Notes: a model not told the origin generated them from the letters alone. A stretch of DNA of 64,000 nt from an uncultured bacterium (GCA_964556895.1 CAZKYC010000001.1:29371-93370), one strand, 5' to 3'. Positions 25,886-35,531 are shown, counted from the stretch's first letter. Numbers and translations are program-made.

Positions 25886-26461
25886 TCAGCCTTTTTTGGC
25901 CTCGAGCGCCCGGCGGGCTTGGGAGAGGTGGCGCGATTGGTGAACGAGCAACAATACGACCCATTGGCCCACACTGACCTTCAACCACGACGCGGCGGGG
26001 GACGGCATTTTGGTTTTGGACGGGTCTTTTCCTTTGAGGTTTGAAATCACTTCGATGAGGTCGCCCTGCCAGCGTTCAAACTCTTCGAGCATCGGGTTGG
26101 TCTCAAGCGCGGCTTGAGGGACATACAGCGAAGGCGCTTTGAATCGCACCTTGGGCCGCTGCTCGCTTCCACTGGCGAGGTAGACGAACATGCGCTCAAA
26201 CATCGAATAGTGATAGCGGTCGGGGCGCTTTGACTCGTCGGCCTTCATCGACTCGACCACCTCGCCAAGGTTGGGCAGCATCTTCGACGACACTTCGATC
26301 AAATGTTGAAAACATTCCGCCGCCGACCAGCCGCCGTCGCTGGGGTGGGCCTGCCATAACGACGCGTCAGACGACTCAACGATACGACGCGCTTCGGCGT
26401 TGAGACGCTTGGCTTCATCAATCAAACTTGGTATGTCATCATCAGAATTAAATTGGATCAT
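25886..26461 (-). CDS. DinB/YfiT-like (DinB_2 superfamily) four-helix-bundle protein.
   Basis: GGWSAAECFQHLIEV and downstream His residues match the DinB_2 metal-binding pattern. 191 aa. Confidence 0.45.
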   Translation of the reverse strand: MIQFNSDDDIPSLIDEAKRLNAEARRIVESSDASLWQAHPSDGGWSAAECFQHLIEVSSKMLPNLGEVVESMKADESKRPDRYHYSMFERMFVYLASGSEQRPKVRFKAPSLYVPQAALETNPMLEEFERWQGDLIEVISNLKGKDPSKTKMPSPAASWLKVSVGQWVVLLLVHQSRHLSQARRALEAKKG

Positions 26462-26504
26462 AAACTTACTGTATCACTGAATTTTCCTACCTGAAAAAAA
26501 TACT

Positions 26505-27611
26505 TTACCTCTTCATATTCGATTGGATCCACTGTTCACGAAACGCCTCAAAAGTTCCTTCGCGGATAGTGTGGCGGCATTTAGCCATGAACTGTTGAAA
26601 GAAGGTGATGTTGTGAAGCGAGGCCAGGCGGGAGGCGAGAATCTCGCCCGCCTGAAAGAGATGGCGCAGATAGGCGCGGCTGTAGTTTTGACAGCAATAA
26701 CAGCCGCAGTTCTCATCAATGGGCGCCTCGTCTTCACGAAACTTGGCTTGTTTTAGCGTGAGTTTTCCGCCCCAGGTGAGCAGGTGGCTGGTGCGCGCCA
26801 GCCGGGTCGGGACAACACAGTCAAACATATCCACGCCGCGATAAATCGCTTCGAGAAAATCTTCGGGCGTGCCCACGCCCATCAGATAGCGCGGCTTGTC
26901 TTTGGGCAGAATCTCATTCATGGCGTCACAGATCGCCCAGGTCTTTTCTTTGTCTTCACCGAGCATCAACCCGCCGATGGCGTACCCGGGGAAATCCAGT
27001 TGCAGCAGGTCGTTGGCGCTGCGCTCGCGCAGGTCTTGATAAACCCCGCCCTGGACGATGCCAAACAGCGCCTGGTCGTCGCGCTGGTGAGACTCGACGC
27101 AGCGCCGCGCCCAGTTGGTAGTAATCTGCACCGAGTTTCCAGCGTACTCACGAGTGGCGGGGTAGGGCGTGCATTCATCGAAGCACATAATAATGTCAGC
27201 GCCGAGGTCGTTTTCGAGTTTCATCACGCGTTCGGGGGTGAAGCGGTGTTGGGCGCCGTCGATGTGCGAGCGAAACGAAACCCCGTCATCGTCGATCTTG
27301 CGCAGCGACGCCAAGCTGTAGACCTGAAAGCCGCCGCTGTCAGTGAGGATGGGGCCGCCCCAATTCATGAACGAATGCAGCCCGCCCATCTTGGCGACGA
27401 TGTCCTGCCCGGGGCGCATGTAGAGGTGGTAAGCATTACAGAGCAATATCTGAGAGCCTGTCTCAGCGACCTCTTCGGGCGTGAGCGACTTCACGGTGGC
27501 GTTGGTGCCGACTGGCATGAATGCTGGCGTGTCGAACGGGCCGTGAGGCGTGGTGACTGTCCCCACCCGCGCTCTTTGGTCAGATTGGTGAATTTCAAAT
27601 GAAAGAGACAT
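26505..27611 (-). CDS. tgt: Queuine tRNA-ribosyltransferase (tRNA-guanine transglycosylase).
   Basis: GTVTTPHGPFDTPAFMPVGT, LLCNAYHL, the catalytic Asp region, and the Zn site CGCYCCQNYSRAYLRHL. Confidence 0.9.
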   Translation of the reverse strand: MSLSFEIHQSDQRARVGTVTTPHGPFDTPAFMPVGTNATVKSLTPEEVAETGSQILLCNAYHLYMRPGQDIVAKMGGLHSFMNWGGPILTDSGGFQVYSLASLRKIDDDGVSFRSHIDGAQHRFTPERVMKLENDLGADIIMCFDECTPYPATREYAGNSVQITTNWARRCVESHQRDDQALFGIVQGGVYQDLRERSANDLLQLDFPGYAIGGLMLGEDKEKTWAICDAMNEILPKDKPRYLMGVGTPEDFLEAIYRGVDMFDCVVPTRLARTSHLLTWGGKLTLKQAKFREDEAPIDENCGCYCCQNYSRAYLRHLFQAGEILASRLASLHNITFFQQFMAKCRHTIREGTFEAFREQWIQSNMKR

Positions 27612-27854
27612 AGCAACGTATTGTAGGGCGGGAAAAGATTTTCAGAATATGCGCGCTTCGCCGACTGAACAACAACGGGCATCTGGCCGGGTGGGCCAAG
27701 TGAACGCCCCCGCAAGTTCCAAGTGCTAACCCTCCTTACAAACGTATGAACTCTTTGAGAAACTTGGGCCTTGCGTAGAACGCTCTCGATGTCGATCCAT
27801 GCCCTTGTCCTTTTGTTCGCGGTTGAATGTAAATCCCCATATGGCCCGTAAACT

Positions 27855-28067
27855 CTATTTGGGGGGTATATCTACTGGGTCCCAGTAATTTTCTTCTATG
27901 AAGCCGGAACCGACTAGACTTCTACAGAAGGCAGGATGCTCAGTAAGCATTGCCTGAAGAAATGACTGCATTCGAGTCGCATCTTCTGGAAACTCTTCAC
28001 ATCCGGCCCATTCGTCCATTACCCTTTTTGCAATGGCAGCAGCCCAATCTTCAATAGGTTTGTTCAT
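27855..28067 (-). CDS. Small 70-aa hypothetical protein co-transcribed with the HNH endonuclease, overlapping it by 17 nt.
   Basis: Lies in the low-GC islet. It starts inside the 3' end of the HNH gene. No recognisable motif (MNKPIEDWAAAIAKRVMDEWAGCEEFPED...). Confidence 0.45.
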   Translation of the reverse strand: MNKPIEDWAAAIAKRVMDEWAGCEEFPEDATRMQSFLQAMLTEHPAFCRSLVGSGFIEENYWDPVDIPPK

Positions 28068-28653
28068 ATTGCTTCCTAACTTGCTTCAGTAGATACTCCC
28101 GAATGGGGTTTGTTTCTTCTGGTCGGGCAAAGTGGGCCATCTTATGGTGATGGGCGCACAAGACAGCGAGATTCCAAAGACCATCCTCTCCACCCAAGTA
28201 AAGAGGAATAATATGGTGAACTTCGATATATCTTTCACCGTCCGGCTTGATGAAGGTATTTTCGCAGCTGTCCATTAGGCATCGTGAACCAAGAAATTCT
28301 TTTGCCCTACTTGCCCACTGTGTTTTACGGACATAAGACTCAACAAGATACTCCTTGCGTTCAGGCGTTTCTCCAGAGATATCAAGCGTGTGTGTTTCAT
28401 CCAGTTCACTGTCCAGCCATTCAACACCCCTTAGCGTATAGCAACCGGACTTATCAAGGAATGATAGAAAGCCCTCGTCACGAAGTTCCTGTAGGAGTCG
28501 TCGAACCGTTGCCTGTGGTGTTTGTCCCCCGATACCAATGGCTTCATAATTGCCGTGTGTTTCATTGATTTGCTTGAGCGTGAAGGTTCGTGAACCTTGC
28601 CGATTGCAGAATTCCAGTACCAGGCTTTTCAATCTATCTCTTTGCCCTATCAT
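28051..28653 (-). CDS. HNH (His-Me finger) endonuclease with an N-terminal winged-helix-like domain.
   Basis: C-terminal HNH module CLMDSCEN...EVHHIIPLYLGGEDGLWNLAVLCAHHHKMAH. The N-terminal roughly 110 aa is a wH-like DNA-binding region. Low G+C relative to the flanks. RBS GGGGA. Confidence 0.8.
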   Translation of the reverse strand: MIGQRDRLKSLVLEFCNRQGSRTFTLKQINETHGNYEAIGIGGQTPQATVRRLLQELRDEGFLSFLDKSGCYTLRGVEWLDSELDETHTLDISGETPERKEYLVESYVRKTQWASRAKEFLGSRCLMDSCENTFIKPDGERYIEVHHIIPLYLGGEDGLWNLAVLCAHHHKMAHFARPEETNPIREYLLKQVRKQYEQTY

Positions 28654-28660
28654 TGGTCCC

Positions 28661-28828
28661 CTAATAACGCCGCGATATATTGAATGTAAGATAAATTAAA
28701 CAACCGCATGTCAGCTTATTCATAATTAAATTAAAGAGATCGACGCTCTCTTCTGGCAGTTGGCGCAATACATCGATGACGTTTCCGAGAAAAAGTCGGA
28801 CACCCGGCTTTTTGAAATAGGCTTCCAT
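28661..28828 (-). pseudogene. Truncated 5' remnant of a DNA (N6-adenine/N4-cytosine) methyltransferase gene.
   Basis: A 55-codon ORF, MEAYFKKPGVRLFLGNVIDVLRQLPEESVDLF-NLIMNK..., matches the conserved MTase N-terminus (hydrophobic-x-x-G-D/N-x-hydrophobic-x-x-L-x-x-L-P-D/E-x-SVDL-I-x-TDPPY). It breaks off just before the DPPY motif. An intact TATAAT and RBS AAGGAAGG lie immediately upstream. Confidence 0.55.
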
Positions 28829-29195
28829 GACGTTCCTTCCTTAACAAATTATAACAGCACCGCCATAACGGTGTTGTTGGGTTGGCCTTCTACGGCTTTG
28901 TTGACGGCGAGAGCCTGTCTGCCGCGCCAGACTGTCAAACCCATCCAAAACAACCCATTTTTGAAACTCGTGAACTCAACTTAGAGTTTTATTGGACAGC
29001 ATTGATTGCCACCAGATAATACACCAGAAATCAAAAAGAAAATAGAACGTAGATGTCAATGGAAAAGCACAATGCGATCGAAAAAGAAGAAGCAATCAGA
29101 CGTTCAAGGTTAAATTAATTACCCAAAGAAACACAATCAGAAATCTAGGCGGGCTGCTTGGCTTCGCTGGCGAGGCGGGCTATCCAACCATTCAA

Positions 29196-30104
29196 TCAAC
29201 GTTTGGCGCTTCCCTCTCGCTCTCCGTCTTTCACAAAGAACATCATGTGTTGCCAGGGCAGGTTGTCATATTGGCTGGCGAGGCGGAAACCGTTGGCGGT
29301 GAATTCTTTCATAATTTGCTTCTTGCTCATTTTGTGAAGCGGCTTGATGGGCACATCGGGGTCTTCGGCGCGGTATTCCAACAGCGCCACCCGGCCCTCT
29401 GGCTTCAGGCTGTCGCGCACCGACTTCAACATCTCTTCAGGGTGTGAAAACTCATGGTAGACATCGACCAATAAGACCAGGTCGAGCGCCCCTTTGGGCA
29501 GCTTCGCGTTTGTGGCGGTATTAACAATCGGCTTGATGTTCTCTATGCCCGCCTTTTTCGCGCGCGTCTTCAACAGGTCTAACATCTCTATCTGAATATC
29601 GACCGCAAACACCCTACCTTCTTCGCCAACCAGTTCTGCGAGTTTTAAGGTGTAGAACCCGTTTCCGCATCCCAGGTCGGCCACCGCCATGCCTGGCTTC
29701 ACGCCCAAGTTGGCGGCCACTTCTCCGGTGGCTTCTTCGCGTTCGCGCGATTCGCGCAATAGCCATTCGGCCCCGGTGTAGTGCATGGTGCGGGCGATGG
29801 CGCGCCCCATGTAATGTTTGGGGCCGGGCGCGGACGCGCCGATAATCAAGGCGCCCTTGGCGTCGGTTTTGACAACCGCATAGCGCTGGTCGATGGTTCT
29901 CACCGAGAGGACGCCAGACACGGCTTCGAGCGCGTATTTCACTGAGCCGGATTGGTTGGTTGTGATGGTCGACAGGCCGACGAAATACTCGCCGTCGACG
30001 GCGACTACCTTATGCTGCTTGCCATTGCTTTGAAAGGTCGCGGCGTTGGCTGTTACTGCGATACACACAGACAAGCCGATAACCAAAAATCGAGTCAAGT
30101 TCAT
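29196..30104 (-). CDS. Secreted/periplasmic class I SAM-dependent methyltransferase.
   Basis: Signal peptide MNLTRFLVIGLSVCIAVTANA. MTase motif I VADLGCGNGFYTL, with the post-I acidic residue in VFAVDIQ. 302 aa. Confidence 0.7.
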   Translation of the reverse strand: MNLTRFLVIGLSVCIAVTANAATFQSNGKQHKVVAVDGEYFVGLSTITTNQSGSVKYALEAVSGVLSVRTIDQRYAVVKTDAKGALIIGASAPGPKHYMGRAIARTMHYTGAEWLLRESREREEATGEVAANLGVKPGMAVADLGCGNGFYTLKLAELVGEEGRVFAVDIQIEMLDLLKTRAKKAGIENIKPIVNTATNAKLPKGALDLVLLVDVYHEFSHPEEMLKSVRDSLKPEGRVALLEYRAEDPDVPIKPLHKMSKKQIMKEFTANGFRLASQYDNLPWQHMMFFVKDGEREGSAKR

Positions 30105-30344
30105 TCAGAGTCTCCTAGAGGGATCGAAAGATAGCCATGGATGGATTAGCCGTGAGGAAATGAAATATAGACTCCGTTTGGCTTTTAATGAAGCAAGAAG
30201 TTCAGGTTTTGTAAAATAAGTACCCTATTTTAATAGGTTTATACAATTATTTAACCTAGAGGCACACAAATCGTACATTCGGTGTTTCTTCCTAGGAAAT
30301 ATTTAGTTTAGAAGTCAATAAACCCGGTTATTGCCCGTTTCAAT

Positions 30345-30398
30345 GGATACGGGATGAAAACCCAGGGTGAGCACGCCTTCCCCAAACTTCGTATCCCG
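30345..30398. promoter_or_regulatory. Inverted repeat GGATACGGG...CCCGTATCC in the AT-rich leader of the T2SS operon.
   Basis: ggatacggga at 30345-30354 and cgtatcccg at 30390-30398, separated by about 35 bp. They sit 40-90 bp upstream of the gspE ATG. Possibly a regulator binding site or a 5'-UTR hairpin. Confidence 0.3.
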
Positions 30399-30434
30399 AA
30401 ACAAATCAAGAACTCATAGAAACGAGATTCTTTC

Positions 30435-32099
30435 ATGCCGAGTTTGCTTCAGTCGATGGTCGAGTTAAAGCAGCTCTCGAATGCTGATGCAGAGAAACTC
30501 TCTGCATTAATCGGCTGCGGCAAAGTCAAAGCCGTCACAGAAGAAGATGTTCTTCATTGGCTGGCGGTTGAATATCAACTCCCTATAACCTTGTTACAGG
30601 ATGTCCCAATCGACCGCCAGCTGCTTTCTGAGTTCCCCGCGCGCGTCTTGCTCAAAGAAGAGTTGCTGCCGCTTCAGCGAACGAATGGCTCAGTCGATAT
30701 CGCCACCAGCCGTTTGTTCGCCACCGACGGCTTTGACGCGTTGCGTTCAATCACAGGATTAAAACTCAAACCCGTGTTGGCGCCGCGCGAGACCATCTTG
30801 CGCGAACTCAAACAACGCCTGGGGGTTGGCGCCGACACCATCGACTCACTCGACGACGACATCAACCTTCAAATCGTCGATGAATCGTCTGACGAAAACG
30901 TCAACCTCGAACAGGCCGCCGAAGACGCATCGATCATTAAATTTGTGAATCAGGTGTTTAGCGACGCGATTGAGTTGCGCGCCACTGACATCCACATGGA
31001 GCCGTTTGAAGACGAGTTGCGCATCCGCTACCGCATCGACGGCGTATTGCAGAGCGTACCGGTGCCGTCGCAAATCAAACGCTTTCAGCCCGCGATTGTC
31101 TCCCGCGTTAAAATCCTCAGCCATTTAAATATCGCTGAAAAGCGCCTGCCCCAAGACGGACGCATCAAGATTCGCATTAAAGACGGCGAGGTCGATGTTC
31201 GCGTGTCGATTATCCCCATGCTTCACGGCGAGGCGGTAGTCATGCGTCTGCTGCGGCAAGATTCGACCATCCTCGCCTTGAGTGAATTACACATGGCGCC
31301 GCGCGAAGAAGACCTGTTTCGGTCGATTCTCGACCTGCCGCACGGCATTGTCTTGGTCACCGGGCCAACTGGCAGCGGCAAGACGACTTCGCTTTACACC
31401 GCGCTGAGCGAGATCAATGACCACGAACGTAAGATCATCACCATCGAAGACCCCATCGAATATCAACTCAAAGGCATCAACCAGATTCAGGTGTCTGAAA
31501 AATCGGGCCTCACCTTCGCGCGCGGGTTGCGTTCTATCCTTCGCCATGACCCGGATGTCATTCTCATCGGCGAGATTCGCGACGAAGAGACCGCCCAGAT
31601 CGCGGTGCAGGCGTCGTTGACCGGGCACCTGGTCTTCTCAACGCTTCACACCAACGACGCGCCCGGCGCGATTACGCGACTCGTCGACATGGGCGTCGAG
31701 CCTTACCTGGTCGCTTCGTCGCTCGAAGCCATCATGGCCCAGCGCCTGGTGAGGGTGTTGTGCCCCCATTGTAAACAAGAAGACCATACCGATAAAACCC
31801 AGACGCTGCGCCAACGGTTGGAGATATTAAACGGCTCAGTCATCTATCAGGCCGTTGGTTGTGAACAATGCCGCCACACCGGCTTCCATGGCCGCCGGGC
31901 AGTGTTTGAAGTCATAGGCATGACCACCGAGATTCGCGAGATGGTGTTGAAAGAGCACTCGTCCGGCGAGATCCGCCAGGCGGCGTTTCGATCAGGCATG
32001 AACTCGCTGAGCCACGACGGTTGGCGCCTAGTCGCACAGGGCGCCACCACCGTCAATGAAGTGTTGCGCGTCACCAAAGACGAAGGCATCCAGAACTAA
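30435..32099 (+). CDS. gspE: Type II secretion / type IV pilus assembly ATPase (GspE/PilB family).
   Basis: N-terminal T2SSE_N-like domain. Walker A LVTGPTGSGKTT. Asp and His boxes. The C-terminal tetracysteine CPHC...CEQC. Confidence 0.9.
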   Translation: MPSLLQSMVELKQLSNADAEKLSALIGCGKVKAVTEEDVLHWLAVEYQLPITLLQDVPIDRQLLSEFPARVLLKEELLPLQRTNGSVDIATSRLFATDGFDALRSITGLKLKPVLAPRETILRELKQRLGVGADTIDSLDDDINLQIVDESSDENVNLEQAAEDASIIKFVNQVFSDAIELRATDIHMEPFEDELRIRYRIDGVLQSVPVPSQIKRFQPAIVSRVKILSHLNIAEKRLPQDGRIKIRIKDGEVDVRVSIIPMLHGEAVVMRLLRQDSTILALSELHMAPREEDLFRSILDLPHGIVLVTGPTGSGKTTSLYTALSEINDHERKIITIEDPIEYQLKGINQIQVSEKSGLTFARGLRSILRHDPDVILIGEIRDEETAQIAVQASLTGHLVFSTLHTNDAPGAITRLVDMGVEPYLVASSLEAIMAQRLVRVLCPHCKQEDHTDKTQTLRQRLEILNGSVIYQAVGCEQCRHTGFHGRRAVFEVIGMTTEIREMVLKEHSSGEIRQAAFRSGMNSLSHDGWRLVAQGATTVNEVLRVTKDEGIQN

Positions 32100-32118
32100 A
32101 CCGGAAAGATCGTAAGCC

Positions 32119-33342
32119 ATGTCACAGTTTCGATACCGCGTGATGCAAAGCGACGGCTCTCTCGCCGAGGGGACCATCGAAGCGCAAGGCAAAAACGACG
32201 CCTTCAGCCAGTTGGAAGCGCGCGGTTGGGCCCCCATTCAAATTAAAGAAGCCCAGGCAGGCCAAAAACAAACGGGGCTGTTTGACGGCTTTCAATTCAG
32301 CAAACGCGTTTCATACGCTGAATTGGAGAATTTCACCCGCTTGCTTTCAAACCTGCTGGCGGCGGGCATCCCTCTCAGCCGCGCTTTGGTGTTGCTATAC
32401 AAAGAAACCTCAACCCCGGCAGCCTCATCGCGCTGGAAAGAACTACACGACATGGTAGTCGACGGCAACTCGCTGGCCGACTCGATGGCCCAGTTTCCTG
32501 ACACGTTCCCCAAGGTGTATGTGGCGATGGTCCAGGCGGGCGAGACCGGCGGCTTCTTGGATTTGGTGTTGAACCAGATCGCCGAGTTTCAATCGCGCGA
32601 AAAAGACCTGCGCTCTAAAGTCATGTCGGCTCTAATTTACCCAGCGGTGTTGTTGACGCTGGCGATTGGCGTGGTCATCTTTTTGATGGTGTTTTTTATC
32701 CCGCGTTTTCAAAAACTGTTCGCCGGGTTTGGCGCCGACCTGCCGCTATTAACTCAGATCATCGTCAGCGCCAGCGAACTAATACGCGACTACGGCCCCT
32801 TTGTCGCCGTCGCCCTGGGCGTAATCTATTACTTCACACGCGCGTGGTTAGAGACCAGCCAAGGCAAGCGCTTCAAAGAAACCGCCGTATTGAACTTGCC
32901 CGTGATTGGGCCGCTCAACGCCAAATTCGCCATGGCGCGATTCAGCCGCATGTTAGGCACGCTGCTCGGCGCGGGCGTTCCGCTGATCAACAGCCTCAAC
33001 GTGGCGCGAAAGTCGATTCAAAACCAGATACTCTTCGACGCGGTCTCTGAATCGATCGAGCGCGTAAAAAAAGGCGACCAACTGGCGAGTAGCTTTGTCG
33101 ATTGCAAGCAACTGTTCCCGGGCACAGTACTCGAAATGATCAAAGTCGCCGAAGAAACCGGGCGGCTGGATGAAGAACTCTTGCGCCTGGCGAATACCAC
33201 CGAGAGCGATCTGGAGCGCCAGCTGCGCACGGCGGTGTCGTTGTGCGAACCATTGATGTTGTTCATCATCGCTGGATTTATCGGAACCATTTTTGTCGGG
33301 ATGGTGATTCCGATCTTCACCATACAAGACTATATCAAGTGA
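32119..33342 (+). CDS. gspF: Type II secretion inner-membrane platform protein (GspF/PilC family).
   Basis: 407 aa with two T2SSF repeats and 3 TM segments. Typical GspF motifs (LLAAGIPLSRAL, LGAGVPLINSL). Confidence 0.9.
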   Translation: MSQFRYRVMQSDGSLAEGTIEAQGKNDAFSQLEARGWAPIQIKEAQAGQKQTGLFDGFQFSKRVSYAELENFTRLLSNLLAAGIPLSRALVLLYKETSTPAASSRWKELHDMVVDGNSLADSMAQFPDTFPKVYVAMVQAGETGGFLDLVLNQIAEFQSREKDLRSKVMSALIYPAVLLTLAIGVVIFLMVFFIPRFQKLFAGFGADLPLLTQIIVSASELIRDYGPFVAVALGVIYYFTRAWLETSQGKRFKETAVLNLPVIGPLNAKFAMARFSRMLGTLLGAGVPLINSLNVARKSIQNQILFDAVSESIERVKKGDQLASSFVDCKQLFPGTVLEMIKVAEETGRLDEELLRLANTTESDLERQLRTAVSLCEPLMLFIIAGFIGTIFVGMVIPIFTIQDYIK

Positions 33343-33362
33343 TGTATTAGAGGAGACGTACA

Positions 33363-33803
33363 ATGAATATTCAAACCAAACCGAGACAACGCCGCCGCGC
33401 CCAACGCGGCTTTACGCTGGTTGAAATGCTTTTGGTGCTGGTGATTCTGGCGACCTTGGCGGCCATTGTCGTCCCCAAATTCGCCGGACGATCCGAACAG
33501 GCCAAAGTCACCGCCGCGCAGACGCAAATTAAAAACTTTGAAATGTCGCTCTCGGCGTTTGAAGTTGACAACGGCTTCTACCCCAAAGGCAGCGACGGGC
33601 TTGAAGACCTGGTCGAGCCGCCCAACAACGCCGCCGATTGGCGCGGGCCGTATCTTGATGAGATTCCCCTCGACCCCTGGGGCGCCGCCTATGTCTACGC
33701 CTACCCCGGTAAGAACAATACGCGGGGGTTTGACATTCACTCGAAGGGGCCTGATGGGCGCACAGGCGGGGATGATGACATCAGCAACTGGTCAAAAAAA
33801 TAA
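33363..33803 (+). CDS. gspG: Major pseudopilin GspG.
   Basis: Leader MNIQTKPRQRRRAQRG|FTLVEMLLVLVILATLAAIVVPKF. The C-terminal DPWGAAYVYAYPG...GFDIHSKGPDG is the canonical GspG signature. Confidence 0.9.
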   Translation: MNIQTKPRQRRRAQRGFTLVEMLLVLVILATLAAIVVPKFAGRSEQAKVTAAQTQIKNFEMSLSAFEVDNGFYPKGSDGLEDLVEPPNNAADWRGPYLDEIPLDPWGAAYVYAYPGKNNTRGFDIHSKGPDGRTGGDDDISNWSKK

Positions 33804-34314
33804 TCGCCAGGGGTTTACCCTGATCGAGATGATCGTGGTGATGGCGATTTTGACCGTCGTCGCCCTGGTCTCGGCGCCGTCTTTGTCGCGCTTCTTTCGC
33901 GGAAACGAACTGCTCGACGAAGCGCGGCAGTTCCTCGCCCTGACGCGCTACGCCCGGGCGCAAGCGGTCTCGACAGGCGTTCCCATGGTGATGTGGGTTG
34001 ATGAACAGCAATTTGAATACGGCCTGCGGCCTCAGCCCGGCTTTGTACTCGAAACCGATGAAGTGATCGGTTACGAACTGCCGGAAACCATCGAAATCGT
34101 CGCCTACCCACTCAATGTGGATACCGACAATATACACTACTTCATGTATGACGCTGAGGGCGGGGTTGAGACCCAGCAAGTCACAATGTTGATCTTTCAG
34201 AGAACGGGGCAAGTAAAAAATCAAGACCGCGTCGTCATGGTTCAATCATTACTGCGGCCTGAGTTCGAAATTGTGGACGAAAATGATCCAAATCTGGCCT
34301 ACTACCTCCAATAA
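33772..34314 (+). CDS. Minor pseudopilin, GspH-like.
   Basis: MMTSATGQKNNRQG|FTLIEMIVVMAILTVVALV prepilin motif. It starts inside the 3' end of gspG in another frame. The track shows a longer, spurious N-terminal extension. Confidence 0.75.
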   Translation: MMTSATGQKNNRQGFTLIEMIVVMAILTVVALVSAPSLSRFFRGNELLDEARQFLALTRYARAQAVSTGVPMVMWVDEQQFEYGLRPQPGFVLETDEVIGYELPETIEIVAYPLNVDTDNIHYFMYDAEGGVETQQVTMLIFQRTGQVKNQDRVVMVQSLLRPEFEIVDENDPNLAYYLQ

Positions 34315-34720
34315 AGCGCGCCGCCAGCGCGTTACACATACCAGAGAGGAACGCGGGTTCACGTTTCCTGAAGTATTGGCGGCGATGGTGTTCACCGCGG
34401 TTGTGGTTCCGACCGCGCTGCAGGGCGTCGCCATCGCCCACCGCGCGTCGGTCTTTTCGCAACGGCAGGCGGTCGCAGTCAGATTGGCCGAACAGACCCT
34501 GAACGAAATCATCATCAGCCAATCGTGGCAGTCAGGCCTCAACGAAGGGGCGTATGGCGAAGACCACCCCAACGTTCATTGGAAACTGTTCTCTGAACAT
34601 TGGCAGCAAGACGACATGCGGGTATTGACCGTGGCCGTCTATTTTCCACTCCAGGGCCAAGAGCGCCATGTCAGGCTCAGCGCCCTGGTCAGCGACGATG
34701 AGTTAAATGAAGACGAATAG
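34283..34720 (+). CDS. Minor pseudopilin, GspI-like.
   Basis: ...REERG|FTFPEVLAAMVFTAVVV prepilin motif with an unusually long leader of about 25 aa. It overlaps the end of the GspH-like gene by about 30 nt. Confidence 0.65.
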   Translation: MIQIWPTTSNKARRQRVTHTREERGFTFPEVLAAMVFTAVVVPTALQGVAIAHRASVFSQRQAVAVRLAEQTLNEIIISQSWQSGLNEGAYGEDHPNVHWKLFSEHWQQDDMRVLTVAVYFPLQGQERHVRLSALVSDDELNEDE

Positions 34721-35531
34721 GCCCGCCGCCCATAGCCAATCTGGCTTCACTTTGATCGAGTTGCTCTCAGCGGCGGCGATCTCGGCGATTCTGATCTTGT
34801 CGCTCAACACGGTGTTGTATAACGCCTTCAACCTGCGCGACAGTTCGGTTGAGTCATCCAACAAAACCAGCGCCCAACTCTACGCCGTCAATCTGATGAC
34901 GCGCGACTTCAAACACATGCTGCCGCCCGGCGAAGGCCTCGCGGGCGACGTGTTTGGCGAAGACCTGGGCGGACGCTCCATGCCCATATCTGTCGTTGAA
35001 TTTTTTACATCAAATGGAGCGATAGAGCCGTCCGAACCGTGGGGCGACATTCAATTCGTCGAATATTCTCTCAAAGAAATCACCGCGTTAGAAACTGAAG
35101 AGACGCGAAACGACAACGTCTATTACCTGGTGCGGTCGGTAGAACAAAACATTCTCTCATACACCGAAGAAGAACCCGCCTACCAACCTGTGCTCGCCAA
35201 TGTGAAAGGCTTTTTGGTTTCGTATTACGACGGCGAAGTTTGGGCCGACTATTGGGATTCAGGCGAAATCGACGAAGAAGAAACCGAGCGCCTGCCCCAA
35301 GCGGTTCGCGTGCAAATCCTAATTGAAGATAAGAAAGACGGTTCATCTATCGCTGCTCAGTCAAACCAACAGCGACTGGAACAAATCGAGTTTATTGTTC
35401 CCATCACGACCCAATCCATCACGCAACCCGAAGACGAACAAGACGAACAAGAGGCGGGGGCCGAAGAAAACAATCAAGAAAACCAAGACCCAAATAACGA
35501 CGGCCAAAACCAGGGAGGCGGTGGACGATGA
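34707..35531 (+). CDS. Minor pseudopilin, GspJ-like.
   Basis: MKTNRPAAHSQSG|FTLIELLSAAAISAILIL prepilin motif. A larger globular body. An acidic low-complexity C-terminal tail (QPEDEQDEQEAGAEENNQENQDPNNDGQNQGGGGR). Confidence 0.7.
   Translation: MKTNRPAAHSQSGFTLIELLSAAAISAILILSLNTVLYNAFNLRDSSVESSNKTSAQLYAVNLMTRDFKHMLPPGEGLAGDVFGEDLGGRSMPISVVEFFTSNGAIEPSEPWGDIQFVEYSLKEITALETEETRNDNVYYLVRSVEQNILSYTEEEPAYQPVLANVKGFLVSYYDGEVWADYWDSGEIDEEETERLPQAVRVQILIEDKKDGSSIAAQSNQQRLEQIEFIVPITTQSITQPEDEQDEQEAGAEENNQENQDPNNDGQNQGGGGR

Noticed and set aside
33466-33771. N-terminal 100 aa of track ORF 33466-34314 overlapping gspG.
   Set aside because: This is an out-of-frame read-through of gspG (Arg/Pro/Ser-rich). 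The real GspH-like gene starts at the ATG at 33772, immediately before the G|FTLIEM prepilin motif.
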